Positions 8,279-17,135 of a stretch of 35,102 nt of DNA are shown here, piece after piece. Made by a program: the position numbers and the translations under genes. Under the pieces are notes generated by a model. That model made no database searches, was not told the origin of the DNA, and saw nothing but the letters and a program-made list of their open reading frames with translations. The stretch comes from Planctomycetales bacterium (GTDB lineage Bacteria; 4484-113): assembly GCA_037445915.1 (NCBI GenBank), contig JBBIJQ010000018.1, forward strand, positions 479 to 35,580, in the 5' to 3' direction. Each line of letters starts with the position of its first letter. Positions within the stretch are counted from its first letter, which is position 1.

Positions 8279-10234
8279 ATGCCAGTTCTCGGCGTCTTAG
8301 GGCACACTGACCACGGAAAGAGCACCTTTCTGGAAATACTCACAGGCGTGAACCCCATGCACTTGCCCGAAGAGCAGCAGCGGGGGCTCACTATCCAGCT
8401 TGGCTTCGCCTACTGGACTCCTGAAGTTTCCGGCGCTAAACAGGTTACTTTTCTGGATGTCCCCGGCCACGAGCGCTATCTGAGAAATATGCTTCGCGGC
8501 ATCCTAGGAATGGACGCAGCAGTCTTGCTTGTTGCTGCAGACGATGGCTTGATGCCTGGGACTTACGAGCATGTCCGCGCTTCGCTATTTGCTGGCTTTG
8601 AGCATGGCATCATCCTCATCACGAAGACTGACCTGGTTCCGCCGCAGCGCGCAGAGGAAGTTCGGGCGCAGCTTGTTGAGTTTCTACAAGGAACGTTTTG
8701 GGCGCGCATGCCGCTGCTAACCTTCTCCGCGATGAGCCCTGAGAACATGCCTGAAATCAAGGCGAAGCTCTACGAGATGGCGCAAGCTGCGGAACGCCAT
8801 GACGAACAGCCCTTCGCCCACTTCTTCGTTGACCGCGTGTTCACAGCAGAAGGTGAAGGCGTTGTCGTGACCGGCACGCTCAGAGGAAAGAGCCTGCGTG
8901 TGGGAGATACTTTACACCTGCTTCCGGATGGCCGTGAAGTCAGGCTGCGCAAGATAATTCAAGACCACAATGAAGTTGAACAGGCGCAAACGCATTCCCG
9001 AGTTGCGCTAAACATTGTCGGGGTGAAGCGCGACCAGATAAACTCAGGCGACCTGCTTAACTCCACTAACGCCCTTCCATCTACCGGCAGGATTGCCGCT
9101 GTTCTCAGCCTTCCGCCGGAGTACATGCGAGAACGCGAAGTGGACTGGCGCAAGCTTGAGAAAAAGTGCCGCGACTTGAACGTCAACGTCGGCAGCACTG
9201 CGCTGTCGGTCACAGGTCTTGAGACATTCCCGCTCGGAAATGATGGCAGCGTGCTGGCCTTCATCACTGTTGATGAAAAACTGCCGGTAATGCCTGGGTT
9301 GCGCTGCATCATCTACGAAACAGGCGCAACCACGATTACCTGCGGAGGGCGCATCTGCGCAACGCCCGATTACGGGCATTTACGCAAAGCGCGGCGATTC
9401 AAAGTCTTGGAAGACGCAGCAAAAGAGGTAGCTCCTGCGCTAATGACGGGAGTAAGCTTAACTGGAGACGAGGCGATTTCTGTATTCGGAGCAGCGTTGG
9501 AGCTGAACATCATTGGGCTGATGAGCCTTACTTCTAGACCCGAGCTTTCGCTAATCCCTGAAGCTGCCGAAACCGCAGCGCGGCTGCGACTTGCTGACAG
9601 TTTGCCTAAGGAAACCTATATTCGCGTAAGCAGCGCGGTAATTGCCCGAAGCAAGCTGGCGGCCGAAGTGGAGCACGCCAAGCGCAGGGTGACAGAGTTG
9701 TTGGACGCTAACCCGATGGTGGGCGCGCTGGAATTGGCGAAGCTCCTGCCAAAGGACGCGGCGCTGCTTGCGGTGCCGCCCGGCGAGCTAGTGAGGCTGT
9801 TCTCTTCAGTGGGCCTTGAATTCGCAGACGGGAAAGTCGGGCTGCCTGGCGCGTCTAACGGCATTCCCCCGCAGTGGCGCGAAACATACGAGCGCATTAT
9901 GGCGCGTTTTCGCGGCGACCCCAGCGGCTTCCCGACGCTGATTATGCTCAAGCAGGATTACCCCGCCGCCAGCAAGCTTATCAGCGAGCTTATGGCAAAA
10001 GGGATACTCATCCAGCTTGGCGCGGAAGGCGCGCTGGTCACCGGCGAAGTGTTTGACCGCTGGATCGGCGTTATTCGCCAGCAATTATCGCACAAGGGCC
10101 AAATCACGCTTGGCGAGGCCAAGGAAGTCACGCGCACGACGCGCAAATACATCGTGCCGCTCCTGGAGCGCATGGATAGAATGGGCATCACCCGCCGCGA
10201 CGGCGATATCCGTAAGCCCGGCCCGAAGTTCTAA
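8279..10234 (+). CDS. selB: Selenocysteine-specific translation elongation factor
   Basis: GHTDHGKS, EEQQRGLTIQLGFAY, DVPGHERY, TKTD, DRVF, and the C-terminal winged helix TRKYIVPLLERMDRMGITRRDGDIR. ATG 8279 lies 6 nt after TACAAT. Confidence 0.93.
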   Translation: MPVLGVLGHTDHGKSTFLEILTGVNPMHLPEEQQRGLTIQLGFAYWTPEVSGAKQVTFLDVPGHERYLRNMLRGILGMDAAVLLVAADDGLMPGTYEHVRASLFAGFEHGIILITKTDLVPPQRAEEVRAQLVEFLQGTFWARMPLLTFSAMSPENMPEIKAKLYEMAQAAERHDEQPFAHFFVDRVFTAEGEGVVVTGTLRGKSLRVGDTLHLLPDGREVRLRKIIQDHNEVEQAQTHSRVALNIVGVKRDQINSGDLLNSTNALPSTGRIAAVLSLPPEYMREREVDWRKLEKKCRDLNVNVGSTALSVTGLETFPLGNDGSVLAFITVDEKLPVMPGLRCIIYETGATTITCGGRICATPDYGHLRKARRFKVLEDAAKEVAPALMTGVSLTGDEAISVFGAALELNIIGLMSLTSRPELSLIPEAAETAARLRLADSLPKETYIRVSSAVIARSKLAAEVEHAKRRVTELLDANPMVGALELAKLLPKDAALLAVPPGELVRLFSSVGLEFADGKVGLPGASNGIPPQWRETYERIMARFRGDPSGFPTLIMLKQDYPAASKLISELMAKGILIQLGAEGALVTGEVFDRWIGVIRQQLSHKGQITLGEAKEVTRTTRKYIVPLLERMDRMGITRRDGDIRKPGPKF

Positions 10235-10259
10235 TTGCAGAAATAGAAAGAGCCTATAG

Positions 10260-10341
10260 GCACGGCTTTCCAGCCGTGCACCTGTATAGGTTAGGCTATC
10301 TCCTTGGGAAACATCGGGGCTGGAAAGCCCCGACTCCATCC
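10260..10341. repeat. Inverted pair of REP hairpins (REPIN-like)
   Basis: GCACGGCT-TTCC-AGCCGTGC (10260-10279, +) and the reverse-oriented TCGGGGCT-GGAA-AGCCCCGA-CTCCATCC (10314-10341). Confidence 0.8.
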
Positions 10342-10372
10342 TTGCATGGTATCAAGTTGCAGAGGTAACAGA

Positions 10373-10899
10373 TTAGAATGGACGGGGACGCGACTTTCCA
10401 GTCGCGTTCTGTTCTGCTTGGGAGCAATCATAAAACCCGTGCCAGTAAGTCCATTCAAAGAGATATTCCTCGGGTCTTGATGCTAGCTTGCGCTTAACAG
10501 GATTCGCTAGAAGGTAATCTACCGCCTTCCGCAAAGCCTGTTCATTCTCCAGGATCTCATCGTGGTAATCCGGCTGCCAGAGGTTGCCGTGGACTTTCCG
10601 GAGTTTATTGATTTCCCTTGCTGTGAATCCTTTGATACTCTTCATCAATTCCGCCATTGAAGGCGAAGGCGAGATGTGATTCTCCGGCCATGCGATTAGA
10701 TGGAAATGTTCCGGCATCACTACTGCCGCGACCATATTCCAGCCATTGCCATGCCAGTGAATACATGCCTTTAATAAAACGCTTCGTTCGGCATACGATA
10801 GTATAGGTACTCCGTCAAGCAATCTCGACGTAATAGGTATGCAGATCCGGGAACGCATTTATGCAGGAGTCTTCGGTGCGCAGTCTGCTGATTATTCAT
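10373..10899 (-). pseudogene. REP-associated tyrosine transposase (RAYT, Y1/HUH family), frameshifted near the 5' end
   Basis: The main frame has VVMPEHFHL (HUH), IKGFTAREIN, LWQPDYHDEI and YLLANPVK. The family-typical N-terminus (MNNQQTAHRRLLHKCVPGSAY) is in another frame and joins ITSRL at about 10835. Confidence 0.8.
10380..10407 (+). repeat. REP hairpin overlapping the RAYT 3' end
   Basis: GGACGGGG-ACGCGACT-TTCC-AGTCGCGT. Confidence 0.8.
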
Positions 10900-10936
10900 A
10901 TCATTCGGAAGCATATCAAACGACTGATTCCCAGAG

Positions 10937-10963
10937 CGGGACTGGAAAGTCCCGACTCCGTCC
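10937..10963 (-). repeat. REP hairpin upstream of the RAYT, inverted relative to 10380-10407
   Basis: The minus strand reads GGACGGAGT-CGGGACT-TTCC-AGTCCCG. Confidence 0.8.
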
Positions 10964-10991
10964 AAAGAGAGGATGCGAATTCAAGGATAGC

Positions 10992-11525
10992 TTATCCTTC
11001 CTTGAAATCTTCGGGCCTAAGGCCGCGGAGGAAACGGCGGAAGTCTTCTTCAACTGCTTCGCCAGTGGTTTCCATCGTGCTCTCGTCGCCTTCGCCTTCA
11101 GTGGCTTCAAGCGCGGCCGCCATCTCCACGAACTTGATGTTATACATAAGCTCGTCGGCCACGAATATCTGCACCTTGTCCCTGAGCGCCAGAGCAATGG
11201 CGTCGCTAGGGCGGCAGTCCACCTCAATCGTCTCCCCGCGCACGTCTAGTACCAGGTTCGCGTAGTAGGTGCTGCCGATAAGGCGGTCAATAATGACGCT
11301 CACGGTGCGGATGCCCGAACGGTCAAAGATGCGTTTGATGAGGTCGTGGGTAAGCGGGCGCAAAGGGGGCGTCCCCCGGTGCGCCATGTCAATGCTGAGC
11401 GCTTCCGCCTCGCCAATCCAAACCGGCAGGAAACGGTCGCTGCCGTTATCTTTCAGGAAGATAATCGGCGACCGGTTGTTCTGGTCGTATCGCAGGTCGT
11501 AAAAGGTTACTGGAGATAGACCCAT
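10992..11525 (-). CDS. Bifunctional nuclease family protein (DUF151)
   Basis: LPVWIGEAEA, RPLTHDL and DCRPSDAIALALR. Extended -10 TGGTATAAT sits 8 nt before the ATG. Confidence 0.92.
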   Translation of the reverse strand: MGLSPVTFYDLRYDQNNRSPIIFLKDNGSDRFLPVWIGEAEALSIDMAHRGTPPLRPLTHDLIKRIFDRSGIRTVSVIIDRLIGSTYYANLVLDVRGETIEVDCRPSDAIALALRDKVQIFVADELMYNIKFVEMAAALEATEGEGDESTMETTGEAVEEDFRRFLRGLRPEDFKEG

Positions 11526-11594
11526 ACAGCTTCATTATACCATTGCGCGAAGCCTGCTAATCAGGGAAAAAGCGGGGGATTACCCCTTCAGAAA

Positions 11595-11633
11595 TGGTAA
11601 CGGGGAGCCTTTGCAGGCTCCCCGGATTTACCA
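11595..11633. other. Strong intergenic hairpin (terminator, sRNA element or REP variant)
   Basis: CGGGGAGCCT-TTGC-AGGCTCCCCG perfect 10-bp stem, extended by TGGTAA/TTACCA. Confidence 0.6.
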
Positions 11634-11717
11634 CATTATTAGGAGGTCGCGAGGTGAGCTACATATGAGATGCAGGAAACTTCAGTTTTGTTCACTGATA
11701 AGCGCAGCTATCTTTCA

Positions 11718-11826
11718 GGGGTGGGGCGTTCTTCAAATAGCCGGGGGTGGGGCATTCTTCAGTTAGCCGGAGGTGCGGCATTCTTGCCGCACTATAGGAA
11801 GATGCGAGGCTGTAAGCCCCGCCTCT
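11718..11826. repeat. 26-bp tandem repeat running into an inverted pair of REP-like hairpins
   Basis: GGGGTGGGGCGTTCTTCAAATAGCCG, then GGGGTGGGGCATTCTTCAGTTAGCCG, then GAG-GTGCGGCA-TTCT-TGCCGCAC, followed by GCGAGGCT-GTA-AGCCCCGC-CTC. Confidence 0.7.
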
Positions 11827-11941
11827 GGCAGCTATGGCCTTACTGCAGCATTCCCGTATTCAAGGTATAAGGAATTGCTGCTTGGGGGCAGCTATGGCAG
11901 ACGGCGCAAAGGAGCTTGACATGGAAAATGAGGGAACCATT

Positions 11942-13183
11942 ATGGGCATTCGCCGCATATCAGCACGCTTATTATTCGCAAGCCTAATCTTGCTTGCATC
12001 ACTCGCGCCAGCTTGTAGCGGCCATAGCCGTCTTACGTCAGCAACACCTTCTGTTCCAACGCCACCAGAGTCCGTTGACTACGCGCAAGCCGCCGATGAA
12101 GTCCTGGCAACCCCCGTTCCCGATGGCGTCGCCCCGCAGCTTTGGGACGAGCTGACCGCCGAACTGGCAAGCCAGCTAAAAAGCGTATCAAGAGAGCCTC
12201 TCCCGGTTGGACAAGAAGATTCCGATTCATCGATTAAGGTTGGCGCTACATACTATGGACTCTGGTGGTCAGGCCCTGCGTTATTAGGCGATGGGAATCT
12301 AGATGGGACTGTAGATATTGCGGATTTAACCGAGATAGCGCTTCACTACGGAGAAACTCCTGAAGTCACGCAGGCGTCGGTGGACTACAATCGCGATGGC
12401 GTCATTAACGTCAGCGATGTCAGTTTTCTCGCCCGCAACTGGGGTCAGGTGGGCAACTCCTATTTCGTTGAAAGCACGCGCAGCCCGAATGGCCCATATG
12501 CCCTGTTAGCTGAAGTGGACTATGGCGATTTTGATACGACCGATAACAAGGCTAACAACTATCTTCTTCCTTTTAACGGGCGCGGATATGACGTTCTTAT
12601 TTACCGGTTAACTTGCCTTAAGACTGACGGCTTAACCGTCGTCTCCAAGCCTTATATCATCGGAGCGATAGACCCATGCCAACCGGCTAATAGGCCCGTT
12701 ACAGACCTCTCAGTAATTGACGGAATTCCAATCTATGTGACCTGGTCGACTAAGGGGATAATCGCCGATGGTAATCAAAACGGCGTATCCGAAATCTATG
12801 ATGTCGAATTAATCGCCAATTACTTTAACGAGCGCTGGGATATTCCCGAATCCAGAGGTGGCGTGCCCGAAGCTGAGGTCGCAGATTACGAGTTTGATGG
12901 CGTCGTAGACGTTGGGGATCTCAATCCTTTGGTCATGTCATGGGGCTGCTACATCACTCATTTCGAAGTGAGCGTTTCCACTACATCGGCGATAGAGGGG
13001 TTCAGCCCGGTCGGCGAAGTGGACTACCTCGGCGACTGCGCAGGAATTTACGAATCTGGCTTCCGCTACTACTTCTTCGAGATACCTTCTCCGCCTGCGC
13101 CGCCGTATTGGGTTACTGTCACGCCTTACGCGGATGATATGCCTGGTGTTGCGAGCACGCCGTTGTTGGTTGAAGCATCTTAG
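11942..13183 (+). CDS. Acidic secreted lipoprotein with dockerin/EF-hand-like repeats
   Basis: Signal ending LAPAC. Repeats GDGNLDGTVDIADL, DYNRDGVINVSDV, ADGNQNGVSEIYDV and DYEFDGVVDVGDL. Start moved to ATG 11942 after GAGGGA. Confidence 0.75.
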   Translation: MGIRRISARLLFASLILLASLAPACSGHSRLTSATPSVPTPPESVDYAQAADEVLATPVPDGVAPQLWDELTAELASQLKSVSREPLPVGQEDSDSSIKVGATYYGLWWSGPALLGDGNLDGTVDIADLTEIALHYGETPEVTQASVDYNRDGVINVSDVSFLARNWGQVGNSYFVESTRSPNGPYALLAEVDYGDFDTTDNKANNYLLPFNGRGYDVLIYRLTCLKTDGLTVVSKPYIIGAIDPCQPANRPVTDLSVIDGIPIYVTWSTKGIIADGNQNGVSEIYDVELIANYFNERWDIPESRGGVPEAEVADYEFDGVVDVGDLNPLVMSWGCYITHFEVSVSTTSAIEGFSPVGEVDYLGDCAGIYESGFRYYFFEIPSPPAPPYWVTVTPYADDMPGVASTPLLVEAS

Positions 13184-13195
13184 GCCAGACTACGT

Positions 13196-14269
13196 TTACC
13201 AGCGCAACGTACGCTTGGCTAGCCAAGCAAGCTTATCCCAGACAGGCTCAGGGGCATTCAAGAGCCTCCAGCGCTCGTAGCTGCGCAGCCGGCGGCTTAG
13301 GCGGATGCGCTCCCCGCTTTTCGCTGTATTACTCATTTCAAACTTGCGCGCCCATTCTGGCGCAGCACCGACTTCACGACCGGCACCGTCAACAGGCGCA
13401 GGCAGCTCAAGCGGCCATTTGGCTGGAGTACGGTTGGGATTGGCGGTGGGATCTGCGACAAGCGGGGCAAGCATCATTTCAAGCGCACGCTGTTCGTCAA
13501 GCGCCGGTTCGCCCGGATTGGCGGCGTTGGGCTTTGCCGCAACGTAAACAACACCTGTGGCGCGAGTGGAAATCTTGTCCGCCCGCGAATGCGCCAGCAC
13601 CAGCCGCGTCGCCTTGGCAAGCGAAAGCCTCGCTTCATCGCGCGGGATGAAGTCCCAGTATTCCGACGCTTCGTAGAGTGGCTCGCCGAACATCGCGCGC
13701 AGGTCTTCGCGCGTGAAGAAGTTGCGGTCGGGATGGGGGTCGGCGGGATCGCGCAAGCGCAAGCGCAAATTCTGTTCTCCGGCGCAGCAGCATAATTGCT
13801 CGGTTGTGATGAGCACATGCCAGCGTGACACGCGCATCAGCTCTGATGCGACTACATGCGGCGCTACCACGTGCTCCATCACTTCGCTACACACGACAAG
13901 GTCAAACTCGCCGTCGGCGAATGGCAAGCGCGCCGCATCGGCGGTCACAGCAGGGATGCCGAACAGTTCGCTGGCACGTTCGCATGCGCTTTGGGGCAGT
14001 TCAACCATCGCGGCGCTTATACCCAGCAGTTCGCGGCAAAGAAAAGCAAAGTATCCTTCCCCGCCGCCGATATCAAGCATAGTGCGCGTTCCGAGGCGCG
14101 ACACTACGCGGAGCATGTGCAGCGTGCGCGAAAGGCGCTGGAGATGGCCAGGCTCGGAGTGGGGCGAGGCGAAGCCGTAGATGGGCTGGTGCGCAAAGTA
14201 ACGCCCGGAAGCATCGCGGCTGAACCGCCGCTCCAGCCATTCCCTCGCGCTTTCGCTTTCCAAGCTCAT
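13196..14269 (-). CDS. Class I SAM-dependent methyltransferase
   Basis: LDIGGGEG and DAARLPFADGEFDLVVCSEVMEHV. ATG lies 6 nt after TAGAAT. Confidence 0.88.
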   Translation of the reverse strand: MSLESESAREWLERRFSRDASGRYFAHQPIYGFASPHSEPGHLQRLSRTLHMLRVVSRLGTRTMLDIGGGEGYFAFLCRELLGISAAMVELPQSACERASELFGIPAVTADAARLPFADGEFDLVVCSEVMEHVVAPHVVASELMRVSRWHVLITTEQLCCCAGEQNLRLRLRDPADPHPDRNFFTREDLRAMFGEPLYEASEYWDFIPRDEARLSLAKATRLVLAHSRADKISTRATGVVYVAAKPNAANPGEPALDEQRALEMMLAPLVADPTANPNRTPAKWPLELPAPVDGAGREVGAAPEWARKFEMSNTAKSGERIRLSRRLRSYERWRLLNAPEPVWDKLAWLAKRTLRW

Positions 14270-14300
14270 TGCGCTATTCTAGCGGATGCGTGCATTCAGG

Positions 14301-17135
14301 CTAGAAATTTGGCTTGCACAGCGGATCACCAAGGACGGTCTCAACCCAGGATACCCGTCGCAGCCCCTTGTAAAGAGATTCAGCAAGATTCCTGCCGCAG
14401 TTGATGTATTCCGCAAAAATAATGCTTTCATCCCCACAAGCATCAGAGTAAGGCTCAAAGACGTTTCCAATACCGCCGGTGCCGCCCTTAAGGATAAAAT
14501 CAGCTATTTGGCCGTGGCTTCCGTGCGCGTATGGGTCGCCGCGGAATATAGTCCCGTTAAAAGACTCGTAGCTCATGAATAGCGCGCCAGGTAGATAGGT
14601 AAAGTCCAAGTCTTCGATGATGTAGAGGCTAGACATTCCGGCGTGTATCCCATGGCTGCAGTAGCCAACAACCACATTCGGATTCCCGCCATTGCTTGAC
14701 ATGACAGGCGCGTAGATATCTATTGACTGGTCCGGGGGCGCGATATTCACCGTGTCGGAGAAGAAGGTTAGTCCGAGCCGTTGAAATGCTTCTACCGCGC
14801 TTTCGCTACTGTCGGCTGTGGGATTGTTCATCATGTCGTAATTCTTGTTGTCGTCATCAAAAACAACGACATATTGGGAGTAACTGGCGGTGTCTGCCTG
14901 TTTGCTTCGGTCAATCATCCCCAAGATGGCATCCTTCGTCCAGCTTGATAAGCGAGTTACGAGGTAATTCATAGTTATCCCATCTCGAGTATATGTAAAT
15001 GGTCTCCATGCTTGCGAATACGCTCTAACTCCTTTGTGATCTTTCGAAGATGAAAACCAGCCATAGTATGGGTTGTCCATATGCTCTTCTAAGTCGTAGT
15101 CGCCCTCGTAGAGTAAGCACATTTCGCTATCCACGCAAGCGAAGCTCCCGTAGTATCCGTCGGTTCCACTGACGCGTATGGGAACGTCTTTGGTAACGAC
15201 AATGTAATAAATCTGGTTTTTCAAGCCATTAGTATCAAGGTAGCTTATAAGCGGCGCGCGGATTGTCGTATCGTAAGTCGCGCGGTCAATCTCTTCATTC
15301 ATTGAAAGGTCCATTCCAAGCACGCAGTCGGGATGTATCCCCCGCCCGGTATAGGGCGAGGCGTAGTAACTGGCAATCTCAAGGTCGTCGGCGGAATTGG
15401 TGTTGTAAACGACGAGCACGTCTTTGCGAAGCGCATTGACGACGACGGATTGCTGCGTTGAGCCTTCAACGCCGTATTCGTCCTCAACGGTGAGCTTCAC
15501 ATTCACGCCGCCGGGGTAGGGGAACTGGTAGGTATGCGTAACCGGGTCGGAAGTGGGGAATACTTCAGGCGTCGTGCCGTCGCCCCAGTCGTATGTGTAG
15601 CTGACAATCGCGGCGCCGTCGGGCGAACTTGAGCCCAGCGCGTCAAACGTGATTTGGTAAAGCTCGTAGTGCTTGCCGGCTCCCACATTCAGCGCCGCGA
15701 CCGGAGTCACAATGGTCTGTGCGTGAACCTTTGTGTCAAGTACCTGGCTCTCAAAACTCGGCAGGCCCTCGTTGTCCACTGATTCAGCGACAAACCAATA
15801 GTCTGTAGTTGGCGTTAAGGTAGTCACTTCCATAGCCAGCGTTGCCGCGGGAAGCAAGACAGCGTTAACCTTCGCGTAATCCGAAAGGGACGTTCCCGCC
15901 GGATTGTCGGTCATGTAGATATTGTAGCCCTGCAGGTCGGTCGCAGGGCTAGGATTCCAGCCAAGCGTGACTGTCGTGCGCGTTGTTGCAGTGACGAATA
16001 AGCTGCTAGGCGGGGCTGGGGGCAAGTTCTTGTAAACGCAGGCACTTGTGTTGGACACAACGCCGCGCTCACCGAGCGTCGCCCCAATAGGATAGGCGCG
16101 AAAGCGGTATGTGCCATACCCCTGGTTGTCAGCGATGAAAGTATAAGACGGCCATCCCGACGGCAGCGTCACGTTTGGCCTGGTCAACGTTGGCTTGTTG
16201 ACATCGGTCTCGTTGGGAATGCGTGTGAACACTCCCGCGCTTCCACCTTCGGGAGTAAACTCAAGCTCTATGTCATAGCCGGAGAGCACAGTACCGAAAT
16301 GAATCGCAATAGGCGTGATGTCGGTAATTCCTACGCCGTCAATGCTGTTATCAACGTCAATAACGGCATCTTGAACGTCTTCGTTTTTGTGGTTCCAGTG
16401 CTGCGCTAGTGCCGTTATATCGGCAACGCCCACGGTGCCGTCCAGGTTGTAATCGCCAATGTTGCGCTCGCTGAAAAGGCAGCGGATGTTATCGCCAAGA
16501 ACCTGCGCCGTAATCTCAACTACGTTTCCAGTTCCGGTTGGCGCGGCGGAAACGGAACGGCTGGTGGGCTGCGCCTCCAGCGTGAATAACGCGCGAGCTA
16601 TCTCGTCTGCCGCCTTGACGCGAACAGGGCTGGCAAAAGGAAGCGCAGCAGCAGCGATGGGAATAAAGCCGCGCTGGTTGGTAAGGGTGAGCTGGAGATG
16701 GGTGCGCGCAGGGAACAGCTCGCCTGGCAGTTTTGCTTCACGGGGATTGAAACGCTGCGGGTCAAAGCGAAGGAATAGGAGCAGGTTGCGTGGCAGCTCC
16801 GTATCCTTCGCCGCGCAAACAGCAACTTCAAGCCCGAGAGCCGAACGCTCTGCGGCGAGCGAAAGCGGCAAGCCGCTCACAACACGGTTGTATTCGTCCT
16901 GCGCAAAGAGCATGATGCCTTCGGCAGGCAACTCGGCAACCGCATCTCCTGGCAGCAGGGCCAGCGGGTCAATGGCCGGGCGCAAATAGCCCGGAGGCAA
17001 AAAAGGGACGGTGGGCATCCCGCCCGTGGGCGTTTGGGAAGTCTCAAGCCCAGCATAGCGTTCCCCGCCACCGCAAGATACGGAAACCGTGATGACAACC
17101 AAGGCGATGAATGCAATAGTGCGGCGCAGCGTCAT
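14301..17135 (-). CDS. Multidomain lipoprotein: cohesin-like and dockerin-like regions, FN3, PKD and a C-terminal TIGR03790-family domain
   Basis: Signal ending VSVSC; GDYNLDGTVGVADI; FN3 (VTLGWNPS..DLQGYNIY..LTPTTDYWF); PKD (FDALGSSSPDG..YDWGDGT..HTY); C-terminal VLVVYNTNS..IASYY..RGI...VTRL...GNVFEPY...NLAES...LGDPL. SD AAGGAG precedes ATG 17135. Confidence 0.8.
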   Translation of the reverse strand: MTLRRTIAFIALVVITVSVSCGGGERYAGLETSQTPTGGMPTVPFLPPGYLRPAIDPLALLPGDAVAELPAEGIMLFAQDEYNRVVSGLPLSLAAERSALGLEVAVCAAKDTELPRNLLLFLRFDPQRFNPREAKLPGELFPARTHLQLTLTNQRGFIPIAAAALPFASPVRVKAADEIARALFTLEAQPTSRSVSAAPTGTGNVVEITAQVLGDNIRCLFSERNIGDYNLDGTVGVADITALAQHWNHKNEDVQDAVIDVDNSIDGVGITDITPIAIHFGTVLSGYDIELEFTPEGGSAGVFTRIPNETDVNKPTLTRPNVTLPSGWPSYTFIADNQGYGTYRFRAYPIGATLGERGVVSNTSACVYKNLPPAPPSSLFVTATTRTTVTLGWNPSPATDLQGYNIYMTDNPAGTSLSDYAKVNAVLLPAATLAMEVTTLTPTTDYWFVAESVDNEGLPSFESQVLDTKVHAQTIVTPVAALNVGAGKHYELYQITFDALGSSSPDGAAIVSYTYDWGDGTTPEVFPTSDPVTHTYQFPYPGGVNVKLTVEDEYGVEGSTQQSVVVNALRKDVLVVYNTNSADDLEIASYYASPYTGRGIHPDCVLGMDLSMNEEIDRATYDTTIRAPLISYLDTNGLKNQIYYIVVTKDVPIRVSGTDGYYGSFACVDSEMCLLYEGDYDLEEHMDNPYYGWFSSSKDHKGVRAYSQAWRPFTYTRDGITMNYLVTRLSSWTKDAILGMIDRSKQADTASYSQYVVVFDDDNKNYDMMNNPTADSSESAVEAFQRLGLTFFSDTVNIAPPDQSIDIYAPVMSSNGGNPNVVVGYCSHGIHAGMSSLYIIEDLDFTYLPGALFMSYESFNGTIFRGDPYAHGSHGQIADFILKGGTGGIGNVFEPYSDACGDESIIFAEYINCGRNLAESLYKGLRRVSWVETVLGDPLCKPNF

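Noticed and set aside
11718-11792. CRISPR array
   Set aside because: The units are directly adjacent with no unique spacers, and there are no cas genes in the window.
11827-11898. 12-bp direct repeat GGCAGCTATGGC spaced 60 bp apart
   Set aside because: Real, but only two copies with no interpretable content between them, so not enough to call a feature.
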